Below the pieces are notes generated by a model. That model was given only the letters and a program-made list of their open reading frames with translations, was not told where the DNA came from and did no database searches. The position numbers and the translations under genes were made by a program. Shown here in pieces: positions 49,302 to 58,397 of a DNA stretch of 64,000 bases. Origin of the DNA: a bacterium (GTDB lineage: Bacteria; Patescibacteriota; Microgenomatia; Daviesbacterales; UBA10151); contig JAJYNW010000018.1 in NCBI GenBank assembly GCA_021786105.1, positions 1 through 64,000 on the forward strand. The letters are read 5' to 3'. Within the stretch, counting starts at the first letter, position 1, and every line of letters starts with the position of its first letter.

Positions 49302-50359
49302 TGGATTTAACATTACCAGCCATAATCTCATTTTTAATAACTATTTTGGCCATTCCTCCGACTATTATTTTTGCCAAAAAATTTAAATTGCTGGATAACC
49401 CCCAAATCAGACAACATCCGGCTCATACCCAAAAACGAACCGTGCCACGGGCGGGCGGACTGGCAGTTTTTTTAGGACTAATATTTACCATCTTAATCTT
49501 TATTCCTTTCCAAAATTCCACGGCCGGAATCCTGATTGGACTTTTTATTTTATTAGTAGTGGGCCTTTTGGATGATAAATACCATAATCTTTCCCCCTAT
49601 ATCCGCCTAATCGCCCAATTTCTGGCGGCCTTAGCAGCAGTGGGAAGTGGCATCGGGATTGCTTTTATCACTAATCCTATGGGCGGTATCCTTCACTTTG
49701 ATACTACCCCACAGATAATAACTCTCGCTAATTTTTTGACTTTAGTTTGGATCGTGTGGGTCATGAACATGATCAACTGGTCAAAAGGAGTAGACGGACA
49801 GATGCCGGGCATTGTAGCTGTGGCCGCTTTTATTTTAGGGTTATTATCTTTAAAACTCAGCTTACTGTCTGATCCGACCCAGATTAATGTGGCCAAGCTT
49901 TCTTTCATCACTTCCGGCACTGCCGCCGGTTTATTAATTTTTAACTGGCATCCGGCCAAAATTTTTCCCGGTTTTTCCGGATCAACTATTTTAGGGTTTA
50001 TGATTGCCGTTCTGGCCATTCTTTCCGGAGGAAAACTGGCCACCGCCGGACTAGTGCTTTTAATCCCGGCCACTGATTTTGCCTATACTTTCCTAAGAAG
50101 AATCTTGCAGGGCAAATCGCCGGTTTGGGGCGATCGAGGACACTTACATCACAAGCTGCTGGAGGCTGGGCTCTCTCATCAACAAATTGCCTTGTTTTAC
50201 ATTTTAGGAAGTGTTATTCTTGGTGCAGCAGCCCTCAGCTTGTCTTCCAAAGGTAAGCTGTTTGCAGCTACGCTGGTGGGGATCATTATTTTAGGAGCAA
50301 TTTTATGGTTAAACTTTTTTGGGCAATTCTCAAAGCCTCACGACCAAGACAATGGATAA
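49301..50359 (+). CDS. Undecaprenyl-phosphate GlcNAc-1-P transferase (WecA/TagO/MraY family)
   Basis: PRAGGLA, VGLLDD, NMINWSKGVDG, FNWHPAKIFPG and DRGHLHH motifs. Confidence 0.92.
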   Translation: MDLTLPAIISFLITILAIPPTIIFAKKFKLLDNPQIRQHPAHTQKRTVPRAGGLAVFLGLIFTILIFIPFQNSTAGILIGLFILLVVGLLDDKYHNLSPYIRLIAQFLAALAAVGSGIGIAFITNPMGGILHFDTTPQIITLANFLTLVWIVWVMNMINWSKGVDGQMPGIVAVAAFILGLLSLKLSLLSDPTQINVAKLSFITSGTAAGLLIFNWHPAKIFPGFSGSTILGFMIAVLAILSGGKLATAGLVLLIPATDFAYTFLRRILQGKSPVWGDRGHLHHKLLEAGLSHQQIALFYILGSVILGAAALSLSSKGKLFAATLVGIIILGAILWLNFFGQFSKPHDQDNG

Positions 50360-51237
50360 AAAACTTTGCTGTCTTTGCCGGTTTAATCTTCTCCGGCACA
50401 CTGCTTGATCCGACCAACCAAATTAAAACTTTTGAAGCTTTTGCACTATTTTGCGCTTTTTCTTCTGCTACATATCTTCTCAACGATGTTTTCGATATTG
50501 AACGCGACCAGCTTCATCCGTTTAAAAGGAAACGGCCGATTGCCTCCGGGCTGATTCCTATTCCTTTAGCGGTAGGGCTGGCTCTGGCTGCCATCGCAGT
50601 TTCCCTGCCTTTGTCTTACGGGCTTTCCCCTAACTTTTTCTTTGCCGGCTTAACATACCTCACGCTGCAGCTGTTCTATTCATCTTACCTCAAACAAGTT
50701 ATTTTAATTGATGTTTTAGTAATTGCCGCCGGGTTTGTCTTAAGAGTCTACGCCGGAGTTTGGGCCATTGATGCGCATTTGAATGTCTGGTTCCTGTTGT
50801 CCGTCACCAGTTTTGCTCTTTTCCTGGCTATCGGGAAAAGACGATCCGAACGGACTTTAATGGAATCCCAAGCTGCCCGCCACCGGGAAACCTTACTGCA
50901 CTATCCGGAAAATTTGTTGGATATACTAACCTCTATGTTTGCCAATTCCACCTGGCTGACTTATGCCTTTTTTGCTTTCCTCCAATCTCCTATCCAAGCC
51001 GGGCACGTGGTTACCAGATTTTTAGGCGGCTTTGAAATTCCTTTTTCTGAGGCTAAGTATTTGATGGTTACGGTACCGGTGGTGCTTTATGCTGTCATGA
51101 GATACCTTTACATCATTTATGAGAAAAAAGAAGGCGAGTCACCGGAACGGGTAATTTTAACCGATACGCCGCTGCTGGCCGCTGTCTTAATCTGGGCCGT
51201 TTTAGTTTTGGGAATCATCTATTATTTAGGCGCCTAA
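50305..51237 (+). CDS. UbiA-family prenyltransferase (decaprenyl-phosphate phosphoribosyltransferase-like)
   Basis: RPRQWIKN, YLLNDVFDIERDQLHPFKRKRPIASG, GFVLRV.AG and KRRSE motifs. Confidence 0.9.
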   Translation: MVKLFWAILKASRPRQWIKNFAVFAGLIFSGTLLDPTNQIKTFEAFALFCAFSSATYLLNDVFDIERDQLHPFKRKRPIASGLIPIPLAVGLALAAIAVSLPLSYGLSPNFFFAGLTYLTLQLFYSSYLKQVILIDVLVIAAGFVLRVYAGVWAIDAHLNVWFLLSVTSFALFLAIGKRRSERTLMESQAARHRETLLHYPENLLDILTSMFANSTWLTYAFFAFLQSPIQAGHVVTRFLGGFEIPFSEAKYLMVTVPVVLYAVMRYLYIIYEKKEGESPERVILTDTPLLAAVLIWAVLVLGIIYYLGA

Positions 51238-51282
51238 TCCCTTAAGTTGTCCGACTTGGTAAAATTTAGTAAAATATGCAAG

Positions 51283-51942
51283 ATGGAGAAGGAAGCTTCG
51301 GAAAAGCTCAATAATTTCTTCTCTGGATCAAAAAAAATCTCGTTTAAAAAAGGCGAAACAATCTTACGTCCAGACGATGAACCTCATGGTGTTTTCTATC
51401 TCAAAGAAGGCTATACCCGGCTTTACTCTATTTCTAAAAATGCCCAGGAATTAACTTTGATAATTTATAAACCTGGTGAGTTCTTCCCCTTAGTCTGGGC
51501 CATCAACAACACTCATAATGCTTACTATCTGGAAGCCCTAACTAATGTTGAAATCTATCGGGCACCGCGGAACGAATTTATTAAGTTTATCAAAAGTAAC
51601 AATGAATTGATGTATGAAATAAACGTCCGGATTTTGCAAAGATTAGAAGGCGCCCTAAGGAGAATGGAATATGCCATGTTTGGTAATGCCCGCAGTAAAG
51701 TCGCCTCAATCATCCTGATTTGCGCGGAAAGATTCGGTGACAAAAATAAAAATCAGGTCCTGATCAAAGTTCCCTTAACCCACCAGGATATTGCCAAACT
51801 CATCGGCATGGCCCGCGAAACGGTTAGTATTGAAATGAAAAAACTGCAGCAAATGGGCCTGATTGATTACAAAGGAAAACATCTGGTGGTCAAAGATTAT
51901 TCGAAACTCAAAGGTGAATCAGCGCTCGGACTTATTGATTAA
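51283..51942 (+). CDS. Crp/Fnr-family transcriptional regulator
   Basis: cNMP-binding fold (FKKGETI, PGEFF) and HTH LTHQDIAKLIGMARETVS. Confidence 0.93.
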   Translation: MEKEASEKLNNFFSGSKKISFKKGETILRPDDEPHGVFYLKEGYTRLYSISKNAQELTLIIYKPGEFFPLVWAINNTHNAYYLEALTNVEIYRAPRNEFIKFIKSNNELMYEINVRILQRLEGALRRMEYAMFGNARSKVASIILICAERFGDKNKNQVLIKVPLTHQDIAKLIGMARETVSIEMKKLQQMGLIDYKGKHLVVKDYSKLKGESALGLID

Positions 51943-52741
51943 CAACCTTCTTTTCCACATATGTTGAAGAGACAAATCCTTCCGCACCATTGGATAACCG
52001 TACCCGGTCCCAGGAACCTTGTTCTTCCAATAGCACCAGTGTGTCCCCCGGCTTGACCTGGGCAATCTCTTTACCGTTTAAACCGGCTTTATCCCTGACC
52101 CGCAAAAATCCCGTGGGAGTTTGTTTGACTGAAACTGTTGGCGTTTGGGTGATAACCGGGTTAGTAACGGTTGTTAAATCCGCCTCGGAAAGGGCTAAAT
52201 CTACCGAAATAGCCAAGTTAAAATTTTTGGGTAAATCGGCCCTGATGCTTCTTTTTAAATAATTAGGATGGCTGATTAGAATAGTATGTTCCCCGGCATC
52301 TATGTCTATGGTAGTTGGAGTTTTGCCAAAAGATTTCCCGTCTATTTCTATATTGGATGCGGTGGGATTAGAAATAATGGTTAACCCTTTACCTCTTTCC
52401 AAATTTAAAATCTCCCCGGAAGAAGAGGCCGGATCAGGTGCCAAGTCCCGGTTAACGACAGCCACAGTACCGGCGGTAAGCGTAACCTTGCCTTGCCAGG
52501 AAGATTTATCTTTTTCAATCCTAATAGTCCGGACTCCGACCGGTAGATTTTTATCCTCATACGGTGTCTTACCGGCTTCTTGATCATTAAGATAAACTGT
52601 AGCCTCAGAAGGAGTTGATAGAATGGAAATACCGCTGGTTGGTTTAATTCCCAAAAAAACTTCTGCTATCTTGTCGGAAAAACGTAAAAGCAAAGCCATT
52701 AAACTAAATAATACCAAAAGCCAAACCAGAAACTTTTTCAC
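51932..52741 (-). CDS. PEGA-domain plus SH3 cell-surface protein
   Basis: Two S.P..A.V..D...GKTP PEGA units; C-terminal LRVRD...WDRV...EGFVSSTYV. Confidence 0.88.
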   Translation of the reverse strand: MKKFLVWLLVLFSLMALLLRFSDKIAEVFLGIKPTSGISILSTPSEATVYLNDQEAGKTPYEDKNLPVGVRTIRIEKDKSSWQGKVTLTAGTVAVVNRDLAPDPASSSGEILNLERGKGLTIISNPTASNIEIDGKSFGKTPTTIDIDAGEHTILISHPNYLKRSIRADLPKNFNLAISVDLALSEADLTTVTNPVITQTPTVSVKQTPTGFLRVRDKAGLNGKEIAQVKPGDTLVLLEEQGSWDRVRLSNGAEGFVSSTYVEKKVVNQ

Positions 52742-52762
52742 TAGATAATTATACTCTAATTT

Positions 52763-53467
52763 TTGACAATGGAGCTCAAATTTGGTATTATACGCACTTG
52801 TTCATTTAAATTCATTACAGTATTCGCTTTGAAAAAACAAAGCAAAAACCTTCTGTCTACGATAATTTCTGAAAGGGATGCCCTAACCAGTAAATTATCT
52901 AAAATCAAGCTAAGGTTCCCAGGGGGGTTTAAACGGCTTGCCATAATTTCCTTTGTACTGTTTACTTTATCAGGTTACTACCCAACTTTAGCTATTCCAC
53001 CAGTCAAACGGTCAGTGGTTAAAGCTCAGGCTGCCGAGCAAGCCGGGGAAGTCATCGCCGAATCTTTTTCCAAACCTTTAGTCTTGCCGCATCCCGGCTA
53101 TTTATCAACCAGGTTTTCCGCCTGGCATCCGGGAATTGATATTGCCACCGGTTTAGGTATGCCTATTCACCCGATTACTGACGGAGAAGTTACGGAAGTA
53201 GGAAGAGATTTGTTTGGCTTGGGTAATTTTGTAGTAGTAACTCACGAAAATGGTTTCAAATCGAAATATGCCCACATGGGTAGAATTTATGTCAAAGTAG
53301 GCGATAAAGTTACTTCGGAAAATACTTTGGGCGAAGTCGGGTTAACCGGTCATACTTCGGGTCCCCACACTCATCTGGAGGTTACCTTAAACGACAAGTA
53401 CATCGACCCTCAACCTTTACTGCCGGAAATCCCTGATATGCCCATTCAAGTTGTGGCTAAGAAATGA
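52763..53467 (+). CDS. M23 family metallopeptidase
   Basis: HPGIDIA, YAHM and GLTGHTSGPHTHLE motifs; start uncertain. Confidence 0.92.
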   Translation: MTMELKFGIIRTCSFKFITVFALKKQSKNLLSTIISERDALTSKLSKIKLRFPGGFKRLAIISFVLFTLSGYYPTLAIPPVKRSVVKAQAAEQAGEVIAESFSKPLVLPHPGYLSTRFSAWHPGIDIATGLGMPIHPITDGEVTEVGRDLFGLGNFVVVTHENGFKSKYAHMGRIYVKVGDKVTSENTLGEVGLTGHTSGPHTHLEVTLNDKYIDPQPLLPEIPDMPIQVVAKK

Positions 53468-54053
53468 TCTCTCCTTCTACTTCCGTTAGATTCACTCCCC
53501 GAAGGCCAAATTGCTCTCTTTCCCGATTTATCAACCTTTCCAGTAAATTCTTTAGCTCCAAAGGATAGTCTACATACTTCAGGCTAATTTCTCCTTTATT
53601 CATACCGGCCGTGTTAACAATGATGTTGCCATGATGCAAAAGTAATCTATCCATTATTGACTGATCCACCTCCAGATGAGTAATCTTATCAAACAGCGCC
53701 GCAGTTAATTTGACTGAAAACAAACCTTTTTTAATAACCACTCTCCTGGTAGTCAGCAAATATCTGTTGGCATGATAAACATGCAAAATCCTAATGACGG
53801 CGGACAAAAACATCAACACCAGGCCCAAAACTAAAGCCCAAATCCTGCCAATTCCCAACAACCACCCTAATCCCAAACCCAAGCCCAAAAAAAGCATACC
53901 CGGGAAAAGTATATACATAATAAATTGAGACCTGGTGTAGGCCTTAGATAAACCGGTTACTAAAACCAGCTCTTCATCTTCTGATAAATACTTTTTGAAG
54001 GTATTTTTTTGCTTTTCAGTCGGTGACTCGCGATAATGAAACTTAGCCATCAA
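53457..54053 (-). CDS. Bacterial PH-domain membrane protein
   Basis: Two TM then YLLTTRRVVIKKGLF...DKIT..EVDQSI..RLL..G.I..NTAG. Confidence 0.85.
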   Translation of the reverse strand: MMAKFHYRESPTEKQKNTFKKYLSEDEELVLVTGLSKAYTRSQFIMYILFPGMLFLGLGLGLGWLLGIGRIWALVLGLVLMFLSAVIRILHVYHANRYLLTTRRVVIKKGLFSVKLTAALFDKITHLEVDQSIMDRLLLHHGNIIVNTAGMNKGEISLKYVDYPLELKNLLERLINREREQFGLRGVNLTEVEGEIIS

Positions 54054-54109
54054 GAGTATTGTAACAGAAATCTTTCCTAATCTGCATTTGACACAAAAGA
54101 ATTAGATTT

Positions 54110-55729
54110 TTAATATTCAGGCATGCCGCCGGGAGGCATCGGGGGTTGTGGTGCAGATGGTTCTGGTTTATCAGTAATCAGGCAATTTGTAGTCATGACC
54201 ATGACTGCCACCGATGCCGCATTTTGCAAAGCTGACCTGGTCACTTTCACCGGATCAATCACGCCGGCTTTAACTAAATCTTTTACTTCCCCATCCATCA
54301 CATCAATTCCCATATTGCCGGCAGAACCCATCACCTTGGACAAAGCAATTCCATCATCCATGCCGGCATTCTCCACCAGTTTCCTAAACGGTTGCTCCAG
54401 CGCTCTTTTGACAATCTCCACGCCAACTTTCTCTTCACCTTCAGCTTTTACAGAATCCAAGGTTTTACCAGCTCTCAACAAGGCTATTTCCCCTCCGGGC
54501 ACAATTCCTTCTTCAATCGCCGCTTTAGTGGCAGCCACTGCATCAATCACCCGCTCTTTTTTCTCCTTCAGTTCGATCTCGGTGGCGGCTCCGACATTAA
54601 TCACCGCTACTCCGCCGGTTAATTTCGCCAGTCTTTCCTGCAACTTTTCTTTATCAAATTCAGAGTCTGATGAAGCCAGCTCTCTTTTGATTTGCGCAAT
54701 TCTACCGTCAATGGCACTCTTTTTGCCTTTACCGTCGACAATCAAAGTATTATCTTTATTAGAAGTGACTCTGCCGGCTCTTCCCAAATCTTCCACTTCT
54801 ACTGATTCTAATTTTGTTCCGGTTTCCTCAGAAATTACTCTTCCTCCGGTTAAAATGGCAATATCCTCAAGCATCTCCTTACGTCTGTCGCCAAACCCCG
54901 GGGCTTTAACTACTAACACATTAAAGGTTCCGCGCAGTTTGTTAACTATCAAAAGCGCCAAAGCCTCGCCATCAACATCATCAGCAATAATGACCAAATT
55001 TTTAGAAACTTGGACAAATTTTTCCAAAAACGGCACTAAATCAGAAGCGGAAGAAATCTTTTTATCAGTGATTAGAATATAGGGGTCCTCAATAGAGGAT
55101 TCCATTTTATCCGTATCAGTCACAAAATACGGAGAGACAAAGCCTTTATCAAATTCCATACCCTCTTTATAACTCACGTTCATTTCCATAGTTTTACCTT
55201 CTTCCACCGTCACTACCCCGTCTTTACCCACTTTTTGTAAAGATTCGGCAATTAAATTGCCGATTTGGGCGTCAGCGGCGGAAATGGTAGCTACTTGGGC
55301 CACTTCTTCTTGGGAAACAATTTTCTTGCTCATTTTTTTAAGTTCTTCCACTAAAACATCCACTGCTTTTTCAATCCCATGCCTTAAAATCATTGGGTTA
55401 GAACCGGCCTGGATATTTTTTAGTCCTTCTGAAACAATTGCCTTGGCCAAAATAGTAGCAGTAGTAGTTCCGTCTCCGGCCACATCAGCGGTTTTAGAAG
55501 CAGCTTCTTTTAACAGTTGCGCCCCCATATTTTCAAACGGATCTTCCAAATCAATTTCTTTAGCCACTGTTACACCGTCGTGAACTACATTTGGTGCTCC
55601 CCACTTTTTATCCAAAGCCACATTGCGGCCTTTGGGTCCTAAGGTAGTTGCCACCGCCTCAGTTAAGGTATTAATACCTTTTAATAATTTCTCTCTTGCT
55701 TCACTATCAAATTTCAAAATCTTTGCCAT
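54110..55729 (-). CDS. groL: Chaperonin GroEL
   Basis: [33 protein letters not shown] and KLQERLAKL motifs. Confidence 0.99.
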   Translation of the reverse strand: MAKILKFDSEAREKLLKGINTLTEAVATTLGPKGRNVALDKKWGAPNVVHDGVTVAKEIDLEDPFENMGAQLLKEAASKTADVAGDGTTTATILAKAIVSEGLKNIQAGSNPMILRHGIEKAVDVLVEELKKMSKKIVSQEEVAQVATISAADAQIGNLIAESLQKVGKDGVVTVEEGKTMEMNVSYKEGMEFDKGFVSPYFVTDTDKMESSIEDPYILITDKKISSASDLVPFLEKFVQVSKNLVIIADDVDGEALALLIVNKLRGTFNVLVVKAPGFGDRRKEMLEDIAILTGGRVISEETGTKLESVEVEDLGRAGRVTSNKDNTLIVDGKGKKSAIDGRIAQIKRELASSDSEFDKEKLQERLAKLTGGVAVINVGAATEIELKEKKERVIDAVAATKAAIEEGIVPGGEIALLRAGKTLDSVKAEGEEKVGVEIVKRALEQPFRKLVENAGMDDGIALSKVMGSAGNMGIDVMDGEVKDLVKAGVIDPVKVTRSALQNAASVAVMVMTTNCLITDKPEPSAPQPPMPPGGMPEY

Positions 55730-56046
55730 TATCTAATTTCTCTCCTTCTTGCTTGTTCTTGTTGTATTAAACCATCTACCTTACGACAAAATACTTCTCC
55801 CATCAAACCAGTTACAGCTAATAAAGCGCCTCCTGCAAAAGAAGCTCTAGAAACAAACCTAGCAACTTTATTTTCTTTATACCTATTAAAAGCAGTACCA
55901 GCTCCTAAACCAACCATACCGAGAATTGCCGCAACCCTTGCTCCGGCTATAAGGTCAAAAAGCTCTCTTCTTTCTGCCATTAAATCAGCTTTTCTTAAGT
56001 TATAACTAATCTCATCCCAAAGACTTCCATAAGTTCTTTCTTTCAT
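55729..56046 (-). CDS. Orphan 2-TM protein inserted between groES and groEL
   Basis: Starts 3 nt after the groES stop; its stop overlaps the groEL ATG (TAATG). Confidence 0.7.
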   Translation of the reverse strand: MKERTYGSLWDEISYNLRKADLMAERRELFDLIAGARVAAILGMVGLGAGTAFNRYKENKVARFVSRASFAGGALLAVTGLMGEVFCRKVDGLIQQEQARRREIR

Positions 56047-56049
56047 ATT

Positions 56050-56373
56050 TTATCCTTCCAATATTGCCATCAAGTCATCAAACTTGACCAGCTTTAATTC
56101 CTTTCCATCCACTTTAATTTCATCCCCGCCCCATTTCTTGTAAACTACCTTATCGCCAACATTAACCGGACACTTCATTACTTTGCCGTTTTCAAAAACC
56201 ATCTCATCACCGCAAGCTACCACTTTTCCCTGGGCCGGTTTTTCCTGAGCTGATTCGGGAAGAATTATACCGGAAGAAGTTTTGGTTTCAGCGGAGGAGG
56301 GCTCAACTAACACATAACCCATGAGGGGTTTTATTGAAACTTTAGTACTATTATTTAATTTAGTTCTAGCCAT
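56050..56373 (-). CDS. groS: Co-chaperonin GroES
   Basis: IKPLMGYVLV, TSSGIILPESAQEKP and VGDKVVYKKWGG motifs. Confidence 0.97.
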   Translation of the reverse strand: MARTKLNNSTKVSIKPLMGYVLVEPSSAETKTSSGIILPESAQEKPAQGKVVACGDEMVFENGKVMKCPVNVGDKVVYKKWGGDEIKVDGKELKLVKFDDLMAILEG

Positions 56374-56385
56374 AGTGAATGAATT

Positions 56386-56453
56386 TGTCATCCTGAACGA
56401 AGTGAAGGATCTCTAGATTAATCTTGAGATTCCTCGTTTCACTCGGAATGACA
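56386..56453. repeat. Double GTCA-tagged palindromic element in the groES 5' leader
   Basis: TGTCATCCTGAACGAAGTGAAGGATCT...AGATTCCTCGTTTCACTCGGAATGACA. Confidence 0.8.
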
Positions 56454-56472
56454 GAGGAGCAGTGCAAAAGAA

Positions 56473-56512
56473 TATATACCAGAGATTAGCACTTCTTGTC
56501 AAGGACTGATTA
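56473..56512 (-). promoter_or_regulatory. groES promoter with a degenerate CIRCE overlapping the -35 box
   Basis: TTGACA at 56502-56497 and TGGTATATA downstream; TTAGCACTT-N9-GACTGATTA at 56486-56512. Confidence 0.6.
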
Positions 56513-57407
56513 TTTTTTTCAAGTTTTGTTGGTATTGGGATAAAATTTCCAGCCGGCAATCCTCCGGATGGAAATACAACGCCCCCTCTTCTATCCGCTC
56601 CAGACCTTGCGGCTTTTGCATGTACCATAATTGAAATTTCCTAGCTACATTTTCCATGCTCGTCATTGCGAGAGACCGAAGGGAGCGTGGCAATCTGGAT
56701 TTGGGACTAATCCGACCCAAATTGCTTCGTCGTTTCACTCCTCGCAATGACGTATCGATAGAACCTACCCAGTTTGGTAGGTATTTAAACACCCATTGGT
56801 TATCCTCAAGGTACTTCTCATAAATCCCGCCTCTTTGCCACAACACCTTCATTTGTAAAATCTCATGAGCAGTAAAAATATCTTTATTGGCCTGCTCTAA
56901 CTTATCCTCCTCCAGTAAAATATTTACACAAAGCTTTCCGGCTGCCCTCCTACCCTTTTCCCCCACCTTCCGTTTTTGCCTGGTCAAAGATAATAATCCT
57001 AAAGCCAACAGCCGGGAAACCCACAAGCGGTTTTTAGAAGTAATAATAAACAAATCAATGTCATCGGTTTTCCCGGCATTATTTACCGCCAGTCCTCCGG
57101 AAATACCCACCAATTTTATCCAAGGAATAATTTTTAGGATTTGAGAAAGAGCTCTGACTTTCCTTAAATATTTTGCAGACTGCTCTTCTCGCCGGCGTCT
57201 TTGACTAATCAACCCATTTTTTTTCTTCAGAAAATAATAATCACTCTGCATCTTACACTTTTTACTTTGCACCAATTTCCCAAGCGTTTTTTCTATCTGC
57301 CTTAGTGTCACTTTTTTATCAATTAACCATTTATGGATCTCATAAATAGTCAGGGGATAATCAAACAAATCAGCATAAATTAGAGTTTTAAGAATCGCTT
57401 TTTCCAT
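56499..57407 (-). CDS. Hypothetical protein with a Pol-beta-type nucleotidyltransferase motif
   Basis: TLIYADLFDYPLT, GISGGLA....DDIDLFII and DIFTAHEI motifs. Confidence 0.7.
   Translation of the reverse strand: MEKAILKTLIYADLFDYPLTIYEIHKWLIDKKVTLRQIEKTLGKLVQSKKCKMQSDYYFLKKKNGLISQRRRREEQSAKYLRKVRALSQILKIIPWIKLVGISGGLAVNNAGKTDDIDLFIITSKNRLWVSRLLALGLLSLTRQKRKVGEKGRRAAGKLCVNILLEEDKLEQANKDIFTAHEILQMKVLWQRGGIYEKYLEDNQWVFKYLPNWVGSIDTSLRGVKRRSNLGRISPKSRLPRSLRSLAMTSMENVARKFQLWYMQKPQGLERIEEGALYFHPEDCRLEILSQYQQNLKKIISP
56661..56752. repeat. Double CGTC/GTCA-tagged palindromic element inserted in frame
   Basis: CGTCATTGCGAG...GTGGCAATC...ATTGCTTCG...CTCGCAATGACG with 12-bp perfect terminal inverted repeats; translated as SLRGVKRRSNL...LPRSLRSLAMT. 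Confidence 0.88.
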
Positions 57408-57452
57408 ATCCTGTAATTTAGCATATTAACCCAAGATAGTATAATATTGTCT

Positions 57453-58397
57453 ATGCTGAAACTTGAAGATAACTTTCCCTTAAAAAATATCACCACCTTA
57501 CAAATTGGTGGGCCGGCCAAAAAATTTGTTGCAGTAAAAACCCAGGAAGATTTGATTGAAGCCATCGCATACGCCAAAAACAACCAAATACCCTACTTAA
57601 TAATTGGCGGCAGCAGCAATTTATTAATCGCTGATGAAGGGGTAAATGGTTTGGTAATTAAAAACGAAATCTCCGGCATCGAATCAATATCACACCTCGG
57701 AGGTGTAACATTGAAAGTTAAATCAGGTACTATTTTGCAAGATGTAGTTGACTATGCCATTAACCACAACTTGGCTGGTTTAGAAAAGTTGACCAAAATT
57801 CCTGGCACGGTGGGCGGAGCAGTTTATGGCAATGCCGGCGCTTATGGTCAAACCATTTCCGACCACATAACCCGCGTTGTCATTCTGAGCGAAGCGAAGA
57901 ATCTCAAGACTTTAACTAAAAGCAAATGTAAGTTTGGTTACCGAAACAGTATCTTCAAAAAGAATAAATACCCAATTATAGAAGCCGCATTCCAGCTGGA
58001 AACTGGTAATCCGGAAAATCTGCAAATGGCCGCCAAGGCAGTGGCGTGGAAAAGATTTGTCAAATATCCGCCTGGTCTAAAATGCCCGGGCTCTTTTTTC
58101 AAGAATTTAGTGGCGGCGGATATTCCCGAAGAAATCTTAAAAAATATTCCGCCGGAAAAAATTGTTTACGGCAAATTGCCTGCCGGAGCACTGCTGGAAG
58201 AAGTGGGTGCCAAAGGGCAGTCCTTAAACGGCATCGCCATTTCGGACCGCCATGCCAACTTGTTTATCAACCAAGGCACCGGCACCGCCCAGGCTTTTTA
58301 TAATCTAGCCAAAACTTATGCCCAAAAAGTGAAAGAAAAATTTGGTATTACCTTAGAACCCGAAGTCCAATTAATCAACCTGCCGCCATTTTCTTAA
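57453..58397 (+). CDS. murB: UDP-N-acetylenolpyruvoylglucosamine reductase
   Basis: TTLQIGGPA, IGGSSNLL, IPGTVGGAVYGNAGAYG, GSFFKN, HANLFIN and LEPEV motifs. Confidence 0.96.
   Translation: MLKLEDNFPLKNITTLQIGGPAKKFVAVKTQEDLIEAIAYAKNNQIPYLIIGGSSNLLIADEGVNGLVIKNEISGIESISHLGGVTLKVKSGTILQDVVDYAINHNLAGLEKLTKIPGTVGGAVYGNAGAYGQTISDHITRVVILSEAKNLKTLTKSKCKFGYRNSIFKKNKYPIIEAAFQLETGNPENLQMAAKAVAWKRFVKYPPGLKCPGSFFKNLVAADIPEEILKNIPPEKIVYGKLPAGALLEEVGAKGQSLNGIAISDRHANLFINQGTGTAQAFYNLAKTYAQKVKEKFGITLEPEVQLINLPPFS
57878..57905. repeat. Single GTCA-tagged element inserted in frame in murB
   Basis: TGTCATTCTGAGCGAAGCGAAGAATCTC, translated as VILSEAKNL; closely similar to the left half of 56386-56453. Confidence 0.8.

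Noticed and set aside
54123-55082. 319-aa ORF antisense to groEL, and similar ORFs antisense to dnaK, infB, murJ, wecA and vanW
   Set aside because: Shadow frames of conserved genes with no recognisable motifs.
56413-56628. 71-aa ORF upstream of groES
   Set aside because: Overlaps the upstream gene, the promoter and a palindromic element.
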